Assembly: GCA_963803435.1 (NCBI GenBank)
Contig: CAWDML010000009.1
Coordinates: forward strand, 192,001 to 256,000
Direction: 5' to 3'
Source of the DNA: an uncultured delta proteobacterium
GTDB taxonomy: Bacteria > Myxococcota > Kuafuiibacteriia > Kuafuiibacteriales > Kuafuiibacteriaceae
Length of the DNA: 64,000 bases
The position numbers were made by a program, and so were the translations under genes. A model generated the notes under the pieces. That model did not search any database, was not told where the DNA came from, and was given only the letters and a program-made list of their open reading frames with translations. Shown here piece after piece: positions 58,028-64,000 of the stretch (position 1 is the first letter of the stretch; every line of letters starts with the position of its first letter).

Positions 58028-60036
58028 ACGCATCCGCCCTCACGGCCGGTCTGATCGCAGCGATCTCGATCGGCTGGGGGGCCCGCAGGCTGGCGCGGAT
58101 CCTGGTCGTCGAGCTGGGTCTCGGACCCTTCGCCGGGGGGACGCTCACGGCGGCGATCGGGACCGGCGTGTTCCTGAGCGCGGTCGCCTTCGTGGGCCGG
58201 CGGGCGCACAGCTTCGACGCCGGGCTCTGGGCCGCCGCCGTCGTGGGTGTGCTGATGGCGGGCGGTGCCCGGCTCCTCGGCGCGCCGCGCGAGGCTGAGC
58301 TCCCCCGCGCCGATCGCAAGGTGTTGGCCCGCGTCCTGGCCGTCACGGCGCTCTTGCTGCTCCTCTACGCGCACCTCGCCTTCAAGTATCAGATGCACGA
58401 CGAGCACGCGCTGTTCGGCCACAAGTCGATGGTCGAGCAGCTGCGGCGCGGCACGTACCCGGTCTACTTCCCACCGATGCCGGAGCACGAGGCGCGCTAC
58501 CACTACGGCTTCGACATCCTCGCAGGCGTCCTCACGCGCGGGCTCGATCTGTCGTCGGACAACGCGATCGATCTGATCACGCTCCTCGCGGTGCTCTTCA
58601 TGTGCTGGTCGGCCGCGGCGGTGGCTGTCGACGCAGGCGCGGAGCGGTCGGCACCCCTGGGGGTCCTCGCGATCCATCTCGGCGCAGGCCTCGCCGCCGT
58701 CATGCTCGCCGGAGATCCGGGGCGCCATCCTCGCTGTCTGGCCCAGTTCCACCACCCGAGCTGCAATCAGGATCTCTACCCGACGCAGATCATGAACGTG
58801 TTCCAGCACCCGGTATCGCTGGGCGTCCCGATGTTCCTGGCGATGGTGATCCTGCTGCCGCGGATCGCGGGCTACGTGACGCGCGAGGATCCGGCGCCGG
58901 TCTTCATGCGTCGTGCCTGGTGGCTGGCCGCCGCAGTCGCGGTGCCGGCGCTGGCCGGCCTGGCGCTGTCGCAGGTGGTCTACTTCGGGCTCGGGTGTCT
59001 GGGAGCGCTGGCGGCGCTGCCGCTGTGGATGATGCGGCGGCGGCCCCGGATGCCGTATCTGGTGGGCCCGCTGGCCTTCCTCGCCGTGCTGGGCCTCGGC
59101 TATCTGCTGGCGCACGCGCTCGGCGGGATGATGGCGGATCACCCGTCGGTCGATCCGACGCTCCTGGCGCGACGGCCGGTGATCGGATTTCCCGCCAAGA
59201 TGACGCCCGCGCAGATCGTGTCGGCGCATCTGGCGAACCTGGGCCTGGCCTTCGCGCTGCTCCCGGTATTCGCCGTGGTGGCGCTCAGAGACCGGCGGCC
59301 GCAGGTCCTGATGCTGCTGGCGTTCGCGTGCGGCGGGATCCTGGCGGCGCAGCTCTACAACTATCAGCGCTCTTGGGACATCGTGAAGTTTCCCTCGGCC
59401 GCCTCCTTCGCGCTCTCGATGCTGTACGTGGTGGTCGTGGACCGGGTGCTCGTCTCGCTGCCGTTCCCCTGGACCTGGCTTCGACGCGCCGGCGCGGCCC
59501 TCTTGATGATCACCGGGGTCACGACCGCGATCTTCGTGGCCGTGCCGCTCCCCGGAGCGAACATGAAGCTCTACGACGACACGAAGGAGGTCGTGGACGA
59601 GCGGGTTCAGAAGACGATCGATTGGTGGCGGTCGCACGACTATCGCGACGACCAGGTGGTCTACGCCCAGAAGAACATCGCCACGCAGCTCTCGATCTAC
59701 GGCGGTCTCTCGACCGTCGGGTCGGACACCGACTTCTATTATCTCGGCATCCAGATGAAGGAGCTGACCCGCCGCGAGTGGTTGGCCCGGCGGATCCGGC
59801 AGCGCATGGACGCCGATGCGCTCGAGCAGCTGGGAGTGGCCTACGTGATGCTGTCGGACGAAGAGATCAGGAACCTCGGCCCCGAGGCCCAGCGCGCGAT
59901 CGCCAGCGGCGAGCGGCTCGAGCTCGCGTACACCGTGGCGGATCCGGCCCCGGGCAAGCGGCGGCGGATCTGGCGCGTCAGGACGACGCCGAAGAGTAGT
60001 GTCGGAGAGACCACCGCCAGACCTGACGCGAGATGA
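58024..60036 (+). CDS. Multi-TM membrane protein (GT-C-like)
   Basis: Many TM segments, MHDE acidic motif, YHYGFD, periplasmic tail. GTG overlaps the upstream TGA. Confidence 0.6.
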   Translation: MNASALTAGLIAAISIGWGARRLARILVVELGLGPFAGGTLTAAIGTGVFLSAVAFVGRRAHSFDAGLWAAAVVGVLMAGGARLLGAPREAELPRADRKVLARVLAVTALLLLLYAHLAFKYQMHDEHALFGHKSMVEQLRRGTYPVYFPPMPEHEARYHYGFDILAGVLTRGLDLSSDNAIDLITLLAVLFMCWSAAAVAVDAGAERSAPLGVLAIHLGAGLAAVMLAGDPGRHPRCLAQFHHPSCNQDLYPTQIMNVFQHPVSLGVPMFLAMVILLPRIAGYVTREDPAPVFMRRAWWLAAAVAVPALAGLALSQVVYFGLGCLGALAALPLWMMRRRPRMPYLVGPLAFLAVLGLGYLLAHALGGMMADHPSVDPTLLARRPVIGFPAKMTPAQIVSAHLANLGLAFALLPVFAVVALRDRRPQVLMLLAFACGGILAAQLYNYQRSWDIVKFPSAASFALSMLYVVVVDRVLVSLPFPWTWLRRAGAALLMITGVTTAIFVAVPLPGANMKLYDDTKEVVDERVQKTIDWWRSHDYRDDQVVYAQKNIATQLSIYGGLSTVGSDTDFYYLGIQMKELTRREWLARRIRQRMDADALEQLGVAYVMLSDEEIRNLGPEAQRAIASGERLELAYTVADPAPGKRRRIWRVRTTPKSSVGETTARPDAR

Positions 60037-60767
60037 TCAGGAGCACCAGCGTCATGCCCCAGGCGAAGAGGGCCTTGGCGAGGTCCAGCTTCTCGAGGAC
60101 GGCCATCGCCGGATACGAGGTCATGACCGCGACCGGCAACACGAAGGTGAGGACGATCCGCATCCAGCCGCGGAAGACGGAGATCGGCCAGCGAGCCGCG
60201 TCGAAGATGGAGCTGAAGAGGAAGCTCAGATTGTCGATCTTCACGAACCAGAAGCTGGAGCAGACGATCAGCATCCACACGGCGTAGATGCCGAAGGCGC
60301 CCGAGGCGAGCATCGCCGCGCCCGCGAGGATCTGGGAGGCGCCGGGGGCCGGATGGAGCCTCGAGATCGACCAGACCGCGATCGCGAGCCCGCACGCCAG
60401 GTCGACGAGCTTGGCCGGGAGGATCTTGCTGCAGCTGATCATCAGCTGCGAGTCGACGGGCTTGAGCAGGATGAAGTCGAAGGTCCCCTTCCGCACGTGA
60501 TCGACGAGCGCGGTCAGGTTGGGGCTGATCATCCCGTCGAGCAGCGCCCGCAGGATCAGGAAGCCGCTCATCACCAGCATCGCCTCGTGCAGGTTCCAGT
60601 CGCCGATGGTCGGGCGGATCTGGAAGACCAGGAAGAGCGGGGCCACGTTCCACGAGACCCAGAAGCCGGCCAGCGCGATCTGGATCAGGAAGTCGACGCG
60701 ATACTGCGCCTGCGCCTGGACGGAGGTCCGAAGGAGATGGCCGGCGATGCGGAGGATACCTAGCCAC
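59978..60767 (-). CDS. ABC-2 family transporter permease (DUF990 type), probable one-base shift just after the start
   Basis: QYRVDFL, VRKGTFDFILLKPVDSQ, ARWPISVF, TFVLPVA. GTG GCT AGG TAT at 60767 joins the frame LRIAG if one C is removed. Confidence 0.85.
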
Positions 60768-61557
60768 CGTAGGCCTCGAAGCGCCGCAGCGCGCGGGACC
60801 ACACCAGCCGCACCAGCACGAAGACGACCACGATCCAGAGGGCCTGGGCGCCGAGCCCTTGGAGCAGCGCGCGCCCCTTCAGGTGGCCCAGCAGGATCTC
60901 GGTGGGGAGCGAGCCCATCGACCGGAAGGGGAGCCAGACGGCGAAGCGCTGCACCCTCGGGATCAGCTCCAGCGGGATCAGGTACCCCGACAGGAGCGCC
61001 CACAGTCCGAACCACGCCTCCTGGAACGAGAGCGACTGCTGCGTGTAGAGCGCCAGCAGCCCGAACATCGACTGCACCAGGAACACCAGGACCCAGGCGA
61101 GGAAGATCGTCAGCAGGTAGAGGCCGACGTGGATCGGGTCGAGCTGAAAGTGCATGCCCGGGATCAGGAGATAGGCGGCGACGGCGAGGGGCGCGAGGAT
61201 GGCGGCGCGGAAGGGCACGGCGCCCAGGTTCTCCGCGGCGTAGAGGAAGAGCGGGTGGACGGGACGGAGGAGGAGCGCCGCCAGGGCCCCGTTGCGGATG
61301 GTGTAGTTCAGCTCCCAGACGATCCAGGCCGACGTCAGCTGGCGGACGATCAGCGTGGAGAGGAAGTAGGCGGCGAAGGTGGACTCGTCGAACCGGCCCA
61401 GCGGCGCCTCGCGCGCGATCGTGGACCACATCGCGTACATGATCAGCGGCATCGTGGTGGTGAGGATCCAGATGAGGACCTCGCCGCGATACGCCATCAG
61501 CTCCGCGAACCCGATCCGGAGCATCGTCGGGAACATGCGAAGCTCGCGTGTGACCAT
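60760..61557 (-). CDS. ABC-2 family transporter permease (DUF990 type)
   Basis: MAYRGE, IRNGALAALLLRPVHP, LSGYLIPLELIP, LPFRS, RRFEAYGG. Confidence 0.88.
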   Translation of the reverse strand: MVTRELRMFPTMLRIGFAELMAYRGEVLIWILTTTMPLIMYAMWSTIAREAPLGRFDESTFAAYFLSTLIVRQLTSAWIVWELNYTIRNGALAALLLRPVHPLFLYAAENLGAVPFRAAILAPLAVAAYLLIPGMHFQLDPIHVGLYLLTIFLAWVLVFLVQSMFGLLALYTQQSLSFQEAWFGLWALLSGYLIPLELIPRVQRFAVWLPFRSMGSLPTEILLGHLKGRALLQGLGAQALWIVVVFVLVRLVWSRALRRFEAYGG

Positions 61558-61565
61558 TCGAGATC

Positions 61566-62402
61566 TCAGTAGAGCGCGCGTCCGTGCGTCATGACGACCT
61601 CGTCGCGCTCTTTGACCTTCACGACGTAGTATGACTCGGCGTCGGCGATGCGCCAGATCTCCGTGACGATCGTGTCGCCGGGGAAGACCGGCCGCGAGAA
61701 CCGTCCCTCGAGGTGGCGCAGTCGATCGGGGTCGCCGCCGCACAGCGCGTTCACCACGGCGCGCGAGGCGTGCGCGAACGTGCAGAGCCCGTGGAGGATC
61801 GGCTTCGGGAACTTGGCCTTCGCCGCGATCTCGGGGTCGGAGTGGATCGGGTTCATGTCGCCCGAGGCGAGGCGATACAGCAGCGCCTGCGTGGGCTGCG
61901 TGGGCATCTCCAGGGTGGCATCGGGGGCGCGCGCGGGCGGATCGAAGACCGCCGCGTCCGGTCCGCGCTCGCCGCCGAAGCCGCCCTCGCCTCGGTAGAA
62001 GATCTGCCACTCGGTGTCGAACAGGGGCTCGTTCTTCTCGTCGACGGTCTTGGTCTGATAGATCGCGAGGGCGCCCTTGCCCTTGTCCCAGAGCGCGGAG
62101 ACCGTGCAGGTGGTCGACAGCTTGGCCTCGCGCGGGATGGGCCGGTGCATCGTGCATCGCTGGCCGCCATGGACGAGCGTGAGGATGTTGCCGCCGAGGG
62201 CGCGGAGCGCGGTCTGGAGCGGGGTGAGCGTCACCGCGACCGAGAACGTGGGCAGGACCTTGGGGCCGCGCGTCTCGAGGAGCAGATCGAGCTCCGCCGG
62301 GGTGGCGCCGGACGCCAGCGCATACAGCGCCGCGTCCTTCCAGGTGTAGGAAAACTCGAAGGGTCCGAAGGGCTTACCGATCAGGGCGCTGTCGAAAGGC
62401 AT
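61566..62402 (-). CDS. MaoC-family (R)-enoyl-CoA hydratase 2
   Basis: LYALASGA, VLPTF, DKGKGA, YRLASGDMNPIHSDP, ILHGLCT, RFSRPVFPG. Confidence 0.92.
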   Translation of the reverse strand: MPFDSALIGKPFGPFEFSYTWKDAALYALASGATPAELDLLLETRGPKVLPTFSVAVTLTPLQTALRALGGNILTLVHGGQRCTMHRPIPREAKLSTTCTVSALWDKGKGALAIYQTKTVDEKNEPLFDTEWQIFYRGEGGFGGERGPDAAVFDPPARAPDATLEMPTQPTQALLYRLASGDMNPIHSDPEIAAKAKFPKPILHGLCTFAHASRAVVNALCGGDPDRLRHLEGRFSRPVFPGDTIVTEIWRIADAESYYVVKVKERDEVVMTHGRALY

Positions 62403-62456
62403 GCCCGCTGGTTATCCAAGCCGCGTGCCCCTGACAACGGATGTTTGACGATTGAG

Positions 62457-62487
62457 GTTCAGTGACTTTAGATAAAGTTACTTGAAC
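62457..62487. promoter_or_regulatory. AT-rich palindrome, candidate operator
   Basis: AGTGACTTTA-GA-TAAAGTTACT (62461-62482, 9/10 arm match) with outer GTTC/GAAC; overlaps the TTG start of the PP2C gene. Confidence 0.65.
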
Positions 62488-63195
62488 TCTTTCAGGATCA
62501 CCAGCGGCACCATCGTGGGGCGCGAGCACGTGCGGCTCTCCCGGAACAATCAGGACGGCATCGGGATCGGTGTCGAGGGCTCGACGATCGCGGCCGTGGT
62601 GACGGACGGCTGCTCGGAGGGCCGCGCCTCGGAGGTGGGCGCCAAGCTCGCCGCCTGCTGGCTGGCCGCCTGGGGGCCGCTGTACGCGCAGGTCTTCGAT
62701 CTCGATCCGTCTGGCTTCGTCCCGGCGCTCGCGGGCGGGCTGGTGCGACACCTCGATCCGCTGGCGCGCGGTCTCTCGGTGAAGCCGGCGGGCATCGATC
62801 CCGCGCTCGTTCAGGAGCTCTTCCTCTTCACGTTTCTCATGGTCGTGATCACCGAGGCCCGCACCACCGTCTTCGGGATCGGCGACGGCGTCTACGCGAT
62901 CAACGGAAGGACGACGGTCCTCGATCCGGGGCCCGACAACGCGCCGCCCTATCTCGGTTACCGTCTCGTGGGAAAGAGCGTCGAGCCGCGCATCCACTTC
63001 GACGGTCCCACGGTGGAGGTCGCGTCGGTCATCGTGGCCACCGACGGCGCCGCCGGGCTCTCGTTCGACGAGCTTCTCCGCGATCCCAAGTACCTCGAGA
63101 ACCCCAGCCTGCTCCACAAGCGCCTCAACGCGCTGGGCGCGGTGGGCGGCCGCTTCACCGACGACACCTCGATGGTGATGGCGAGGAGGGCGTGA
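62482..63195 (+). CDS. Protein phosphatase 2C-like protein (TerY-P type)
   Basis: GREH...NNQD, AVVTDGCS, GIGDG, VATDG, TDDTS. Confidence 0.85.
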   Translation: MNSFRITSGTIVGREHVRLSRNNQDGIGIGVEGSTIAAVVTDGCSEGRASEVGAKLAACWLAAWGPLYAQVFDLDPSGFVPALAGGLVRHLDPLARGLSVKPAGIDPALVQELFLFTFLMVVITEARTTVFGIGDGVYAINGRTTVLDPGPDNAPPYLGYRLVGKSVEPRIHFDGPTVEVASVIVATDGAAGLSFDELLRDPKYLENPSLLHKRLNALGAVGGRFTDDTSMVMARRA

Positions 63196-64000
63196 TGCAG
63201 ATCCGCGTTGGCCCTGCGACCGCTCGGCTCGAGCCGGGCGACATCCTCGGCGTCGGCGGCGAGGCGACCGTCTATCGTCTCGGCGATCGCGCCGTGAAGG
63301 TCTTCCACTCGCTCGATCCCGGCGTGGTCGACGCCAAGCTCGACAAGCTGGCGGCCTTCCCGCGCGGCCTGCCGAGCCCGGTGATCGCGCCGGAGGAGCT
63401 GGTCTTCGATTCGAGCGGTCGCCCGGTGGGCTACGCGATGCGCGCGGTCCACGGCGCCCGCGAGATCTCGCACCTGATGAAGAAGAGCTTCCGCGCGGGT
63501 GCGATCTCCAACGCCGACGTCTGCGCGCTCTTCGCCGAGATCCACGCGGTGCTGGAGACGCTCCATCAGTGCGGTGTGATCGCCGGTGATCTCAACGACG
63601 GCAACCTGCTGTTCTCCGGACGGCGGGTCTGGTTCATCGACGTGGACTCGATGCAGCTGGACGGGCACCCCTGCACCGTCGGGCACGAGCGCTACCTCGA
63701 TCCGTCCCTGTACGGGTCCGATCTCTCGGCGCGCTGCTGCTTCACCCGCGACACCGACTGGTACGCGTTCGCAGTGCTGCTCTTCGGCGCGCTCCTCTTC
63801 GTCCATCCCTACGGCGGCGTCCATCCCGCGCACCCGACGCTCCTGCGCCGCGCACAGGCGAGGGCCAGCGTCTTCGACGGCGCGGTGAAGTATCCCAAGT
63901 CGGCGGAGCCCTGGCAGACGTTGCCCGACCCGCTCATCGAGCGGTTCCGCGCCGTCTTCGAGCGGGGAGAGCGCGGGCCGTTTCCCAGGGGCTTGCTCGA
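63195..64000 (+). CDS. Protein kinase (TerY-triad type), truncated by window edge
   Basis: ATG overlaps the PP2C stop; LGVGGEATVY, AVKVFH, IAGDLNDGNLL, FIDVDSMQ, TDWYAFAV, HPYGG. Confidence 0.85.
   Translation, partial: MQIRVGPATARLEPGDILGVGGEATVYRLGDRAVKVFHSLDPGVVDAKLDKLAAFPRGLPSPVIAPEELVFDSSGRPVGYAMRAVHGAREISHLMKKSFRAGAISNADVCALFAEIHAVLETLHQCGVIAGDLNDGNLLFSGRRVWFIDVDSMQLDGHPCTVGHERYLDPSLYGSDLSARCCFTRDTDWYAFAVLLFGALLFVHPYGGVHPAHPTLLRRAQARASVFDGAVKYPKSAEPWQTLPDPLIERFRAVFERGERGPFPRGLL

Noticed and set aside
838-62465. Many long antisense or alternative-frame ORFs in the track (e.g. 838-2904, 15343-18117, 49728-52145)
   Set aside because: Typical high-GC shadow ORFs, Arg/Ala/Pro-rich with no motifs, overlapping well-supported genes.

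Overview
High-GC (roughly 70% by eye) gene-dense bacterial window whose gene content (several Ser/Thr kinases, Cys-rich lipoproteins, DUF2330, a TGase-elicitor-like protein) suggests Myxococcota or a related deltaproteobacterium; the taxonomy is inference. About 53 CDS. I recognised no rRNA, tRNA or CRISPR array. Several housekeeping-type genes carry single-base frameshifts that look like assembly errors. Most notable: (1) a tightly coupled six-gene minus-strand run encoding a thiolase, an ALDH lacking its catalytic residues, a B12-radical SAM enzyme, a CADD-like diiron oxidase, a beta-helix lipoprotein and a diheme cytochrome; (2) a 1.78-kb CTAG-bounded element with ~70-bp inverted arms containing hexamer arrays, holding a decayed IS1182-like transposase and an intact four-helix-bundle gene; (3) a ~37-bp intergenic motif present twice, once directly beside that element; (4) a circularly permuted esterase lipoprotein; (5) an HTH-EgtD-like fusion; (6) a sigma28-like promoter ahead of a signal-less transglutaminase; (7) an orphan, insertion-bearing NuoL; (8) a PP2C-kinase pair behind a long palindrome at the right edge. 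All family calls come from motif recognition by eye, without database searches.
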